Of a DNA stretch of 64,000 nucleotides, positions 1-11,227 are shown in pieces (position 1 is the first letter of the stretch; each line of letters begins with the position of its first letter). Source of the DNA: an uncultured Bacillota bacterium (lineage in GTDB: Bacteria; Bacillota_I; Bacilli_A; RF39; UBA660); NCBI GenBank assembly GCA_946611635.1, contig CAMODW010000002.1, positions 2,726 through 66,725 of the forward strand, in the 5' to 3' direction. The translations under genes and the position numbers were made by a program. A model generated the notes under the pieces. That model was not told where the DNA came from and ran no database searches. It saw nothing but the letters and a program-made list of their open reading frames with translations.

Positions 1-52
1 TCGTTTTCAGCATTATTATAATTGTGTTGCTACATATATTAATTCTTTTGAA

Positions 53-406
53 ATGATTAGGTCGTTTTCTCCGAATAAAATAGTTGAGATTTATGTTTCT
101 TTAATAAATGATGGGGATTATGTTTCATTCTTTAAGAATGGTATGTTTTTAAATTTTTTTGAAGCTGTAAAAGCTGATGCAGATATGCTTCATTTGGAAG
201 TTCAAAAAGAAATGGTTGACTTAGTATATGAAATTATTGCAAATTTAGAGAAAGATTTAACGAGTTCTCCAATTGATGAATCTTCTTTTGATGAAGTTAT
301 TGCTGCTGCTTCTGAAAAATACTGTGTTGATTTTGCTAGCTTGGATCGTGGTTATACATTTAAAATGGAAGGGGATAACAATGCACAAGACACAAGTAGC
401 AGTTGA
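53..406 (+). CDS. hypothetical protein (117 aa)
   Basis: Intact ORF with no recognisable motifs. Overlaps the next ORF by about 26 nt. Confidence 0.35.
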   Translation: MIRSFSPNKIVEIYVSLINDGDYVSFFKNGMFLNFFEAVKADADMLHLEVQKEMVDLVYEIIANLEKDLTSSPIDESSFDEVIAAASEKYCVDFASLDRGYTFKMEGDNNAQDTSSS

Positions 407-1076
407 TAGAGAAAATGAATTTAAAGGTTTTTGTAACGAACATGAAGATATAATAAACTCGTTTCTAGGAGAAATGAACAATATATCCTTTGAGAAAATA
501 AAAAATATAATTTCTATTTATAAGATTAAAACTTGGGAGTTTGTTGATTATTTTGAAGAACATGGGTTGCTTTATTTTGATGACAGTTGTTATCTTCGTC
601 TTTTTGTTTCTTCTTATTTATATTATTATTTAGTTAAATGGTTTAGAAAATGTGAAGAATATGGAAAATACTTATCTAATACTGGCTTTCTTTTTCTTTT
701 TTTTAATAGAAATAGGGATAAAGAAGTTGTTAATAGTATAAATGAATGCTTTGAGGATATTTCTTCTATTGAAGTAAATGATTTACCCGGTTTTTTTCAA
801 GAAACTATATTCGACAAAAAACTTTTTCAATCTTTTTTACCTGATTGTTATAGTACCTTTATTGATGAGTGTTTGAGAGAACTAGCTATGTTAGGATTTG
901 ATTTAGAAAAAGAATTAGATTTAAAATCTATAGATAAAAAACGTGCAGAGATGGAAGAAGAAAGTAGGGAAGCTATAGATAGAGATGGCTTGTCTGAAAG
1001 GCAAAGAATATTTAATGACTTTGTTGAAGCAAATAAATTAGATATTAAATCTTCTTATTATACTTTTAAAATTTAA
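381..1076 (+). CDS. hypothetical protein
   Basis: The ORF track begins at 273, but the leading stretch is low-complexity. An internal ATG at 381 is preceded by GGGGA, so the start was moved there. No known domain recognised. Confidence 0.4.
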   Translation: MHKTQVAVDRENEFKGFCNEHEDIINSFLGEMNNISFEKIKNIISIYKIKTWEFVDYFEEHGLLYFDDSCYLRLFVSSYLYYYLVKWFRKCEEYGKYLSNTGFLFLFFNRNRDKEVVNSINECFEDISSIEVNDLPGFFQETIFDKKLFQSFLPDCYSTFIDECLRELAMLGFDLEKELDLKSIDKKRAEMEEESREAIDRDGLSERQRIFNDFVEANKLDIKSSYYTFKI

Positions 1077-1088
1077 AAAAGATGTCTT

Positions 1089-1445
1089 TTAAGACATCTT
1101 TTCTATCGCTTTATTAGCGCTTTCTAAATAAGCTCTTAGAAGATTCCCAGCACCTAACTTTGTGCCACCAAAATATCTTACTACTGCTATAAGTATATTA
1201 TCTAATTCTTTTCTTTCGATTAGATTATATAGAGGAAGACCGGCTGTGTTGGTTGGTTCTTTATCATCTGATTTTGAAGCTGTGTTATTTACTTTATAAG
1301 CATAAGGTATATGTCTAGCTTTTTTATGTTCTTTTTTTAATGTTTCTAGTATTTCTTTTGCTTCATCTGTTGATTTTATTTCATAATAATAAGCTATAAA
1401 TTTAGATTTCTTAATTTCTAATGTATAGGTGTTTATTAATTTCAT
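1089..1445 (-). CDS. YigZ/IMPACT family protein (UPF0029 N-terminal domain only)
   Basis: The motif RYFGGTKLGAGNLLRAY matches the IMPACT/YigZ signature. At 118 aa it covers only the N-terminal domain and lacks the DUF1949 C-terminal half. Confidence 0.65.
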   Translation of the reverse strand: MKLINTYTLEIKKSKFIAYYYEIKSTDEAKEILETLKKEHKKARHIPYAYKVNNTASKSDDKEPTNTAGLPLYNLIERKELDNILIAVVRYFGGTKLGAGNLLRAYLESANKAIEKMS

Positions 1446-1512
1446 ATTTTACCTCTTTTACCTTTAGTGTTTGCTTTATAACTATCTATATGTTATCATA
1501 GTTTTTACTTGA

Positions 1513-2232
1513 ATGGGGGATTTATTTATGGATAATTCAACAAGATTGAAATATGTACTTCGTGATTTAAATAGTATGGATATTGTTGATGATGATAATC
1601 TTCAAACTATTTTCGAATTAGAACAATTATTATTTGGTAATTTACTTATTGGAGTTTCTAAGAAACTAGGTAAACATATTGCAAAATTGGTTGAGGAATC
1701 CGATGATTTAAGATTTGTTAATTATCGTGGATGTGTTTATTTAATGGATTCTAATGATGTGAATTCTTATTTGTACAATGGATGCTTTGCTGATATTGTA
1801 CATTATATGTGTTTTAATGATTCTATGGTAGAAATAAAAGATGGGGATTTATATGTTACTTATGATAGACGAAATCAAGAGAGAAATAATAATAAAAGAA
1901 TTTTAATGCATGAAAGAAGAGTTGATGCGGAAATTTCATCGATTATTTATTATGATAATGAAGGGAAAGAAAATCGTAGGGTAGAAGAAATAAAATCTCT
2001 TGAAGGGGCAACTATTAATTATTCAATTTATTATGAAGCTAGTAGAGGCATATATACTAGTGATCCTGGGGAGGTTAGTATATATGGATGGGTTGATATA
2101 GGTAATGTCGGAGGCATTAAAGGCTTTACAATTTGTCAAAATCTTTATACTATACCATTTGATGGGGAAGATTTTGACGATCTTTTTGAAAAGCTGCAAA
2201 GAGAAGAATTGTTTGGAAATGCTTTAAAGTAA
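1513..2232 (+). CDS. hypothetical protein (239 aa)
   Basis: Long intact ORF with no recognised motif. Confidence 0.45.
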   Translation: MGDLFMDNSTRLKYVLRDLNSMDIVDDDNLQTIFELEQLLFGNLLIGVSKKLGKHIAKLVEESDDLRFVNYRGCVYLMDSNDVNSYLYNGCFADIVHYMCFNDSMVEIKDGDLYVTYDRRNQERNNNKRILMHERRVDAEISSIIYYDNEGKENRRVEEIKSLEGATINYSIYYEASRGIYTSDPGEVSIYGWVDIGNVGGIKGFTICQNLYTIPFDGEDFDDLFEKLQREELFGNALK

Positions 2233-2291
2233 AAACAAAAGTTTTTACTTTTTTAATTTATTTATTATAATATCTATAAGGAGTTTTTGTT

Positions 2292-2783
2292 ATGAATAAA
2301 AAAATTGCTTTTATTGATAGAATATTTATTATTTTATCTATTACTTTTTTTATTATTTCTATTATTTTATTAATTATTAATTGTTTTATGGATGTAATAT
2401 TTGAATTGTTATTTGTTTTTTTGTTTGCATTTATATTTTTAGTAAATCAGATTGTTTTTTTGCCTGGGAAGCTTAAAGTATATGATAGAGAATGGAAAAA
2501 TTTATTATTATATAAGATGCAGTTCTATACTGCTATTATAATATTGATTATTCTATTATTTAGTCCTTTATTTCATTTGGGAGATACTATTGATTTGTTT
2601 TTAGAAGGTACTTTTTTGATGGCTTTTTTAATACTTTATTCTTTGCAAAATTATTATTATTCATACAATTTTGATATGGGTAAGAAACGTAATTTAGTAC
2701 TGAGAGTAATAATATCTGTTATTTTATCTATTGTACTTTTTGTTTCTTTATTTTATTCTTTGTTTGATTTTTATAGTAGGTGA
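2292..2783 (+). CDS. hypothetical polytopic membrane protein
   Basis: AAGGAG ribosome-binding site upstream. Several hydrophobic segments. It abuts the LMW-PTP gene. Confidence 0.45.
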   Translation: MNKKIAFIDRIFIILSITFFIISIILLIINCFMDVIFELLFVFLFAFIFLVNQIVFLPGKLKVYDREWKNLLLYKMQFYTAIIILIILLFSPLFHLGDTIDLFLEGTFLMAFLILYSLQNYYYSYNFDMGKKRNLVLRVIISVILSIVLFVSLFYSLFDFYSR

Positions 2784-2787
2784 TTGG

Positions 2788-3261
2788 ATGTTTAGGGTTT
2801 GTTTTGTTTGTTATGGAAATATTTGTCGCAGTCCGATGGCTGAGTTTATATTTAAAGATCTTATTTTTTTAAATAATAAGAGATATAAAATGTCTTGTAC
2901 TAGTAGAGCTACTTCATTTGAAGAAATTGGTAATGACATTGATCCGGAAGCTAAAAAGGTATTAGATAAAAATAAGATTAATATTGAAAAGCACAAAGCT
3001 AAGGTTTTTAAGAAAGAAGATTATAAAGAGTTTGATTTAATAATTGTAATGGAAAATAAAAACTTAAATGATATTATAAATATTATTGGTGAAGATAGTG
3101 AAAACAAAATTCATAAATTAAGAGAGTTTTCTGGTGATAATATTGATATTGAAGATCCTTGGTATACTGGTAGATTTGAGTATGTCTATTCTTTAATATA
3201 TGAAGGTTGTTTAGGACTATTTAATTATATTTTGAAGTTAGGTGATACTTATGAAGTTTAA
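2788..3261 (+). CDS. low-molecular-weight protein tyrosine phosphatase
   Basis: The P-loop CYGNICRSPMAE matches the CX5R(S/T) LMW-PTP signature at the N-terminus. The start was moved to the internal ATG after AGGTGA. Confidence 0.8.
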   Translation: MFRVCFVCYGNICRSPMAEFIFKDLIFLNNKRYKMSCTSRATSFEEIGNDIDPEAKKVLDKNKINIEKHKAKVFKKEDYKEFDLIIVMENKNLNDIINIIGEDSENKIHKLREFSGDNIDIEDPWYTGRFEYVYSLIYEGCLGLFNYILKLGDTYEV

Positions 3262-5038
3262 GGATAAACTTGCTTTAGTGCCTCATAAACCTGGTTCTTA
3301 TCAAATGAAGGATAAAAATGGAACAATAATTTATGTTGGAAAAGCTAAAGATTTACATAAAAGAGTTTCTTCTTATTTTAATAGGGTTCATACTGGTAAG
3401 ACGGCTAAAATGGTTTCTTTGATAGAAGATTTTACTTATATTGTTGCTGAATCTGAATTAGAAGCTTTTATTATAGAAATAAACTTAATAAAGGAATATA
3501 ATCCTAAGTATAATATAATGCTTACTGATGATAAGAGTTATCCTTATATTGAATATATAAGTGAGCCATATCCAATGCTTAAAGTATCAAGATATTTGAA
3601 TATTAAGAGAAAAGATAAGAAGAAACTATTTGGGCCATATCCTAATGCTTATGCAGCAAGAAGAATAGTTAATTTGATAAATAGATTATATCCTTTAAAG
3701 AAGTGTAATAACGGGAAAGAATTATGTCTCTATTATCATATTGGCGAATGTCTTGGTTACTGCGCTAAAAATATTGATAAAGAGAAAGTTAGAGATATGG
3801 AAAATGAAATATTATCTTTTTTAAGAGGAAATGATGATATTCTTAGAAAAAAAATATTAGATAAAATAAATATATATTCTGAAAATTTAAACTATGAAAT
3901 GGCGATGGACTTAAAGAAAGAATTAGAATATATTGATATTGTATTAACTAAACAAAGTGTTGAGTTACATGATTTTATTGATAGAGATGTTATAAGTTAT
4001 TATATTGACAAAGGATATTTATCAATAGAATTGCTTTTTATAAGAAATGGCAAACTATTAAATCATAAAAATCATATTACTCCTTTATCAGTTGATCCGA
4101 TTGATGAAATTGAATATTATATTGCCAAGTTTTATTCAAGAAATGAGATTCCGAAAGAAATACTTATTCCTGAAGATTTGAATATAGAAAATATTAGAAA
4201 AGTTGTTTCTACTAATGTTATTTCTCCATTAAAGGGCACTAAGAAGAAACTATTAGATATGGCTTTTAATAATGCCAAATTGAATTTAAATAATAGTTTA
4301 GAAGAGATTCAAAAGGATGAAATTAGAACTAATGTTGCTAATGAAGAATTAGCCAAGCTACTTGGTATGGATAACATTTATCGAATTGATGTTTTTGATA
4401 ATAGTAATTTATTTGGAGAGTTTACGGTTTCTGGTATGGTGGTTTTTATAGATGGAAAACCTGTTCGTAATGAGTATCGTAAATATAAGATTTCTTTCGA
4501 AAAAAACGATGATTATAACGCAATGAGAGAAGTAATATATCGAAGATATCAAAGAGCTATGGTTGAGAAACAAACTCTACCTGATTTGATTATTGTAGAT
4601 GGTGGAGAAAAGCAAATGGCTGTTACAAAAGAAATATTAGATTTATTAAATTGTCCTGTAAAAGTAGTTGGTTTAAAGAAAAATGATAAACATATGACTA
4701 ATGATTTAGTAGATAGTGATATGAGTGTTATACCTCTTGATAGAACTAGTAATGTATTTCATTATTTAACTAGAATGCAAGATGAAGTACATAGATTTAC
4801 TATAAATTATCATAGACAACTTAGAAGTAAAGGAAGTATCGCATCTATTTTAGATAATATTAATGGTATAGGTAGTGTTAGAAAAAAAGAATTAATAAAA
4901 AAATATGGTAGTGTTTCTAAAATGAAAGATGCTCCAATTGAAGAATTAAGTGAAATAATCCCTGAAAATGTGGCGATAGAATTACATGATTATTTAATAG
5001 CAAGAGAAGAAGATAAGAAAGATAATAATAAAAGATAA
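3251..5038 (+). CDS. uvrC: excinuclease ABC subunit C (UvrC)
   Basis: N-terminal GIY-YIG motif (PGSYQMKDKNGTIIYVGKAKDLHKRVSSYF). Length of about 596 aa, with a C-terminal HhH region. Confidence 0.9.
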   Translation: MKFKDKLALVPHKPGSYQMKDKNGTIIYVGKAKDLHKRVSSYFNRVHTGKTAKMVSLIEDFTYIVAESELEAFIIEINLIKEYNPKYNIMLTDDKSYPYIEYISEPYPMLKVSRYLNIKRKDKKKLFGPYPNAYAARRIVNLINRLYPLKKCNNGKELCLYYHIGECLGYCAKNIDKEKVRDMENEILSFLRGNDDILRKKILDKINIYSENLNYEMAMDLKKELEYIDIVLTKQSVELHDFIDRDVISYYIDKGYLSIELLFIRNGKLLNHKNHITPLSVDPIDEIEYYIAKFYSRNEIPKEILIPEDLNIENIRKVVSTNVISPLKGTKKKLLDMAFNNAKLNLNNSLEEIQKDEIRTNVANEELAKLLGMDNIYRIDVFDNSNLFGEFTVSGMVVFIDGKPVRNEYRKYKISFEKNDDYNAMREVIYRRYQRAMVEKQTLPDLIIVDGGEKQMAVTKEILDLLNCPVKVVGLKKNDKHMTNDLVDSDMSVIPLDRTSNVFHYLTRMQDEVHRFTINYHRQLRSKGSIASILDNINGIGSVRKKELIKKYGSVSKMKDAPIEELSEIIPENVAIELHDYLIAREEDKKDNNKR

Positions 5039-5085
5039 TGAAAAACCTCATGTTCATTTCCATTTTATACCTATTTATAAATATA

Positions 5086-5110
5086 AGACTCGACAAAATG
5101 AGTCTTTTTT
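5086..5110 (+). terminator. rho-independent terminator after uvrC
   Basis: Hairpin AGACTC-gacaaaat-GAGTCT followed by a T6 run. Confidence 0.6.
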
Positions 5111-5143
5111 CATATAATTGATAAGACAAAAGGGAATGATATT

Positions 5144-6181
5144 ATGAATATTAATGAATTTGATTATGATTTACCTAAAGAACTTATTGCTCAAACTCCT
5201 CTTAAAGACAGGAGTTCTTCAAGATTACTTATTTTAAATAAGAATACTGGAGAATTAAAACATGAAGTTTTTTCCAATATTATTAATTATTTAAATAAAG
5301 GGGATGTTTTAGTACTTAATGATACTAAGGTTATTCCTGCAAGATTAATTGGTGAAAAAGAAGATACTGGGGCTGTAATAGAAATATTATTATTGAAAGA
5401 TATCGGTAATGATACTTGGGAATGTCTTGGTAAACCTGGCAAAAGATTAAAAATAGGAACAATTATTAAATTTGGAGATGGTTCTCTAAAATGTGAGGTT
5501 GTTGAGAAACTTGATGAAGGTATTATTCATGTTAAATTGATGTATGAAGGAATACTAATGGAAATATTAGATAAACTTGGTACAATGCCATTACCTCCAT
5601 ATATACACGAAAAATTAGAAGATCAATCTAGATATCAAACTGTTTATGCTAAAGTATCTGGTAGTGCTGCTGCTCCAACTGCTGGATTACATTTTACTAA
5701 GGAATTATTAAAAGAAATTGATAATAAAGGTATTATTATTGCTTATGTTACATTACATGTTGGTCTTGGTACTTTTAGACCTGTTGAAGTTGAAAATGTA
5801 CTAGAACATAAGATGCATAGTGAATATTATGTTATGAATAAAGAAACGGCTGATATACTTAATGAAGCTAAGGATGAAGGAAGAAGAATTGTAGCAGTTG
5901 GTACTACTAGTACTAGAACTTTAGAAACTATTGCTTCTGATAATAATGGTAGGTTTAAAGCGTGTAGTGGGGATACTGATATATTTATATATCCTGGTTA
6001 TAAGTTTAAAGCAATAGATGCTTTAATTACTAATTTTCACTTACCTAAATCAACCCTTGTTATGTTAGTTTCTGCTTTAGCTAGTAAAGAATATATTATG
6101 AAAGCTTATAAGGAAGCTATTAATAATAAATATAGGTTTTTCAGTTTCGGAGATGCGATGTTTATTACTGATAAAATGTAG
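5144..6181 (+). CDS. queA: S-adenosylmethionine:tRNA ribosyltransferase-isomerase (QueA)
   Basis: N-terminus [20 protein letters not shown] and overall pattern are typical of QueA. 345 aa. Confidence 0.9.
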   Translation: MNINEFDYDLPKELIAQTPLKDRSSSRLLILNKNTGELKHEVFSNIINYLNKGDVLVLNDTKVIPARLIGEKEDTGAVIEILLLKDIGNDTWECLGKPGKRLKIGTIIKFGDGSLKCEVVEKLDEGIIHVKLMYEGILMEILDKLGTMPLPPYIHEKLEDQSRYQTVYAKVSGSAAAPTAGLHFTKELLKEIDNKGIIIAYVTLHVGLGTFRPVEVENVLEHKMHSEYYVMNKETADILNEAKDEGRRIVAVGTTSTRTLETIASDNNGRFKACSGDTDIFIYPGYKFKAIDALITNFHLPKSTLVMLVSALASKEYIMKAYKEAINNKYRFFSFGDAMFITDKM

Positions 6182-6246
6182 AATAATTTTAACTAAGAGA
6201 TACTTTTTTTAAATAATAGTAACTTTCCATTTAAATACCAATATGA

Positions 6247-7431
<1,185 letters not shown>

Positions 7432-7441
7432 TATTTTAAAA

Positions 7442-7468
7442 AAGTCATAATAAATGTGACTTTTTTTC
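7442..7468 (+). terminator. rho-independent terminator after tgt
   Basis: Hairpin AGTCA...TGACT followed by T7. Confidence 0.55.
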
Positions 7469-7526
7469 TTTGTTTGAAATAGTATTTGTTATATAATTAA
7501 TGTAAGAGGGATATGTTGGTGATAAT

Positions 7527-7781
7527 ATGGATGATATTCTTAATGAATATGATTTATATGTTAGGGTATTACCAGTTTTAAGATACAAGAAAAGAGAAAT
7601 TTTTAAACTGGAATATGTTAAAATAAAAGAAGATATGATATGGAAAATATTTGTCGAAAATGTTTGGAATAATAGAGAAAATATTGCTCTGTGTGATATT
7701 GTTGATGATATTATTAATTATGATAGAAAAAAAATAATTGTTTATTATTTAAACAGTTTTGATAATTCTTTTAATGAGTGA
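7527..7781 (+). CDS. hypothetical small protein (84 aa)
   Basis: ORF immediately upstream of relA, overlapping it. No motif recognised. Confidence 0.3.
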   Translation: MDDILNEYDLYVRVLPVLRYKKREIFKLEYVKIKEDMIWKIFVENVWNNRENIALCDIVDDIINYDRKKIIVYYLNSFDNSFNE

Positions 7782-7794
7782 AGGTGGTGAATTT

Positions 7795-9951
7795 ATGAAA
7801 AGTGATAGTATTACTTTTGAAATTCTTTATGATAGATTAAAAAAGATATTTAAAAATCAAGAGGAGTTAGATGTTATTAGTAAAGCTTATGAGTTTGCTA
7901 AGGAAAAACACGCAGGGAAGAAAAGATTAAATGGTGATGATTATATAACACATCCTTTAGAAGTTGCTAATATACTTTTGGATTTAAATAGTGATTATAT
8001 AACAATAGCTGCTGCTTTGCTTCATGAAACTGTGAATCATTCTGATACTACTATAGATGAGATTTATGATATTTTTGGTAATGACATAGGTAATCTAATT
8101 AAGAGTATAAGTAAGATTAATCGTCTTGAACTAAGAGATGATCAGGATTCTTCGGCAGCTTATTTAAGAAAGGTGTTAGTTGGGTTATCTGAAGATGTTA
8201 GAGTTCTTTTTATAAAATTAGCTGATAGGTTACATAATATGAGAACTTTAGATGCTCTTCCACCTGAAGAACAAAAGGCTAAAGCTAATGAAACGGAAAC
8301 TGTTTTAATACCTATTGCTCATAGATTAGGTATTAATAGTATTAAGAGTGAACTTGAAGATTTATGTTTAAAATATACAAAGCCAGATATTTATAATGAT
8401 ATTGTTGAAAGACTTGCTTCTTCTCAAGAAGAATTAAATGGTTTACTAAATGATATGAAGAGCAGTATTTCAGAGATTCTTACAGAAAATGGTGTTGAGT
8501 TTAAAATCAAGGGACGTGTTAAATCAGTTCATAGTTTATATAATAAGATGCAAAATGGTAAGAGATGGAATGATATCTATGATATCTTAGCTCTTAGAGT
8601 TTTCGTTGAAACAGAGCAGGAATGTTATTTAACAATAGGTTTAATTCATAGTAAATATAGACCTATGCCTGGGCGTTTTAAAGATTATGTCGCTAATCCT
8701 AAAGAGAATATGTATCAAAGTCTTCATACTACAGTTTTTGGGGAAGGTGGACATTTATATGAAGTTCAAGTTAGAACCTATGAGATGGATGAAATAGCGG
8801 AAAAAGGAATTGCTTCTCATTGGTCTTATAAAGAAAAAGGGTCAGTAAAAATACAAAGTTTAATGGAACAAAAGTTAGAAATGTTTAGAAATGTTATTGA
8901 TTCTAATAATGATTTAACTTCTGATAAAGAGTTTGCGTCTAATTTTAATAATGAATTCTTAACAGATTTTATTTATTGTTATACACCTAAAGGAGATGTC
9001 TTAGAGCTTCCTAAAGGAGCTACTCCGATTGATTTTGCTTATAGAATTCATAGTGGTGTAGGAGATAGAACTATTGGGGCTTTAGTTAATAATCAAATAG
9101 TTCCATTAAACTATAATCTTGAAGATGGAGATATTGTAAAGATAAATACGGCGAAGGAACCTAATCCTAATAAGGATTGGCTTAGTTTTGTAAAGACTAC
9201 TCAAGCTAAGAGTAAGATTAAATCCTTTTTTAGTAAGCAAGATAAAGCTAATTATATAAAAAATGGTAAAGAAATGCTAGAAAAAGAGATAAAGAAGAGA
9301 CATTTAACTTTTAATGAAGTTTTTAGTGAAAAAAATATTGAAAAAGTATTAAAAGATGTTAAACTAGATAGTGTTGATGATTTATACTTATCGGTTGGTT
9401 CTTTAAGATTTACTCCAGGATATGTTATTGATCTTGTGTTTGAAGATAAAAAAGATGTAATGGATGTATATTTAGATAGGATTTCTAACTTTGTTAATAA
9501 TAACAATAATAAAATTAATACTGGTGATATTTTGGTTGCAGGTTCTGATGATATACTTGTAAATATTGCTAAGTGTTGTAAACCAGTTAAAGGTGATGAA
9601 ATTATAGGTTATATAACTAAGGGGGAAGGTATTACTGTCCATAAAAAGGATTGTGCAAATATTCAAGGTGCTGATCGTTTGATAGACGTTGAATGGAATG
9701 ATAATTCAGATAACTCTTATGAAACAGATTTGTTTATTAAAGTGTTAAACGAAAAGAATCGATTATTAGATATAGTTACTAAAGCGGCGGCTCGTGATGT
9801 GTATGTAGATGGTGTAACTACTGTTCAAGATGGTATAAATGTTATATATAAAATTATTGTTAAAACTAAGAATGCTAGTAATTTAAATAATTTTATAAGT
9901 GATGTTAAATCATTACCGTTTGTTATAGAGATTAATAGAAGGAATAATTAG
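7795..9951 (+). CDS. relA: bifunctional (p)ppGpp synthetase/hydrolase RelA/SpoT
   Basis: HD hydrolase motif (HPLEVANIL...HDTVE) plus a synthetase domain and TGS/ACT regions. Start chosen at MKSDS after a GGTGGTGA ribosome-binding site. Confidence 0.9.
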   Translation: MKSDSITFEILYDRLKKIFKNQEELDVISKAYEFAKEKHAGKKRLNGDDYITHPLEVANILLDLNSDYITIAAALLHETVNHSDTTIDEIYDIFGNDIGNLIKSISKINRLELRDDQDSSAAYLRKVLVGLSEDVRVLFIKLADRLHNMRTLDALPPEEQKAKANETETVLIPIAHRLGINSIKSELEDLCLKYTKPDIYNDIVERLASSQEELNGLLNDMKSSISEILTENGVEFKIKGRVKSVHSLYNKMQNGKRWNDIYDILALRVFVETEQECYLTIGLIHSKYRPMPGRFKDYVANPKENMYQSLHTTVFGEGGHLYEVQVRTYEMDEIAEKGIASHWSYKEKGSVKIQSLMEQKLEMFRNVIDSNNDLTSDKEFASNFNNEFLTDFIYCYTPKGDVLELPKGATPIDFAYRIHSGVGDRTIGALVNNQIVPLNYNLEDGDIVKINTAKEPNPNKDWLSFVKTTQAKSKIKSFFSKQDKANYIKNGKEMLEKEIKKRHLTFNEVFSEKNIEKVLKDVKLDSVDDLYLSVGSLRFTPGYVIDLVFEDKKDVMDVYLDRISNFVNNNNNKINTGDILVAGSDDILVNIAKCCKPVKGDEIIGYITKGEGITVHKKDCANIQGADRLIDVEWNDNSDNSYETDLFIKVLNEKNRLLDIVTKAAARDVYVDGVTTVQDGINVIYKIIVKTKNASNLNNFISDVKSLPFVIEINRRNN

Positions 9952-9953
9952 AT

Positions 9954-10391
9954 ATGAAAGTTGTTGTTCAGAAGGTAACCTATAGTAGTGTTACTGTTGA
10001 TGGTAAGTTAATTAATGAAATTAATAATGGACTAAATGTTTTAGTTGGTTTTACTAGTGGTGATAGTAGTAAGGAAATCGATTATTTAGTTAATAAAATT
10101 GTTAATTTGAGAATATTTGATGATGAAAACGGGGTTATGAATAAAAGTGTTAAAGATATTGGTGGGAGTATTTTATTAATTAGTCAATTTACTTTATATG
10201 GTGATGCTTCTAAAGGTAATCGCCCGTCTTATGTGAAAGCTCTTGGAGGAGAAGAAGCTTCTCCGTTATATGATGAGATGACTAAAAAACTAAATGATAT
10301 TGTGCCAACTTATACTGGTGTTTTTGGGGCAGATATGAAAGTAGTTATACATAATGATGGCCCTGCTACTATAATTATTGAATCTAAGTAA
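9954..10391 (+). CDS. dtd: D-aminoacyl-tRNA deacylase (Dtd)
   Basis: SQFTLYGD and GNRPSY motifs. 145 aa. Confidence 0.9.
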   Translation: MKVVVQKVTYSSVTVDGKLINEINNGLNVLVGFTSGDSSKEIDYLVNKIVNLRIFDDENGVMNKSVKDIGGSILLISQFTLYGDASKGNRPSYVKALGGEEASPLYDEMTKKLNDIVPTYTGVFGADMKVVIHNDGPATIIIESK

Positions 10392-10407
10392 GAAAGATGG
10401 TTATGTG

Positions 10408-11172
10408 ATGAAGAAAATGGTATTTGTTATGTGTTTTTGGCTTGTTTTAGCAGGAATGCTATATTTTGGTTTTAACCATTATACTAGTAGTTCGTATGGA
10501 CTTTCTAATGATGAAAAAATGGTTGATGTAGATGTTAAATCTGAGGAAGTAACAAATATGATTTCTGTACTATCTACTTCAGATTATCTTAGAAATGGTA
10601 ATATGCAGGCTGATACACTTGATGATGAAACCATTTTCAAACAAATTTTATTATCTTTAACTCCTGAAGATTATAGCGAGTTAAATATTAGACCTACAAA
10701 GATTATGTGTCAGATTAAAAACAATTTATGGTTTATTTCTTCTGATACATGTAAGGTTAGAGTTATTGATAAAGATGTTATAAAAAAATATGAAAGAAAA
10801 TTGTTTGATTTAGATCGTGATCTTGATTTAGAAGAGATTTCTTTTCAAGGTTTTCATTGTAAACTAAATAAAAAATATTATTGCCATATGACATATTATA
10901 GTAATTCTAGTCGTGATTATTCTTTTGTAGATAAGGCATATAAGAAAAAGGACGAAATGGTTGTTTATGAGTATTATTTACATATAGATTACGATAATGA
11001 TGAAATATGTAGGAAGTATTATGGTGATGAGTTTTGCGATGATAAGAAAAAAGAAATACCAGATATTGATAAAAATCTTATAAAAAAAGATGGTGTTTAT
11101 TATAAGCATATCTTTAAAAAGAATAGTTTAGGAGAATATTATTTATATTCTAGTGATGTGGAACTATTGTAA
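10408..11172 (+). CDS. hypothetical secreted/membrane-anchored protein
   Basis: N-terminal signal/TM segment (MKKMVFVMCFWLVLAGML). No known domain. Confidence 0.45.
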   Translation: MKKMVFVMCFWLVLAGMLYFGFNHYTSSSYGLSNDEKMVDVDVKSEEVTNMISVLSTSDYLRNGNMQADTLDDETIFKQILLSLTPEDYSELNIRPTKIMCQIKNNLWFISSDTCKVRVIDKDVIKKYERKLFDLDRDLDLEEISFQGFHCKLNKKYYCHMTYYSNSSRDYSFVDKAYKKKDEMVVYEYYLHIDYDNDEICRKYYGDEFCDDKKKEIPDIDKNLIKKDGVYYKHIFKKNSLGEYYLYSSDVELL

Positions 11173-11173
11173 A

Positions 11174-11208
11174 TAAAGAAGATATAGTATTATTCTTCTT
11201 TATTTTTG
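11174..11208 (+). terminator. rho-independent terminator
   Basis: Hairpin AAAGAAGA...TCTTCTTT followed by ATTTTTG. Confidence 0.55.
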
Positions 11209-11227
11209 TGATAAAATAGAAGGGGAT

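Noticed and set aside
273-380. Upstream extension of the ORF beginning at 273
   Set aside because: The first 36 codons are leucine/methionine low-complexity and overlap the 53-406 ORF. An internal ATG at 381 has a ribosome-binding site, so the shorter start was used.
257-481. Antisense or embedded six-frame ORFs, such as 257-481(-), 2811-2996(-), 4917-5129(-), 9252-9666(-), 12886-13105(+/-), 15318-15617(-), 18841-19032(+), 19601-19837(-), 26487-26753(+), 27158-27466(+), 32099-32456(+), 33600-34045(+), 35445-35884, 36150-36509(+), 37364-37803(+), 38475-38906(+), 39510-39827(+), 41473-41694(+), 43348-43578(+), 44068-45027(+), 45178-45408(+), 46265-46843(+), 47323-47583(+), 47892-48101(+), 49754-50014(+), 51660-52098(+), 53850-54086(+), 55122-55355(+), 57443-57661(+), 61141-62103(+)
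   Set aside because: All lie inside or opposite to longer ORFs that carry recognisable domains or clear ribosome-binding sites. They are low-complexity I/L/F/K-rich translations typical of AT-rich antisense frames, and none has its own ribosome-binding site.
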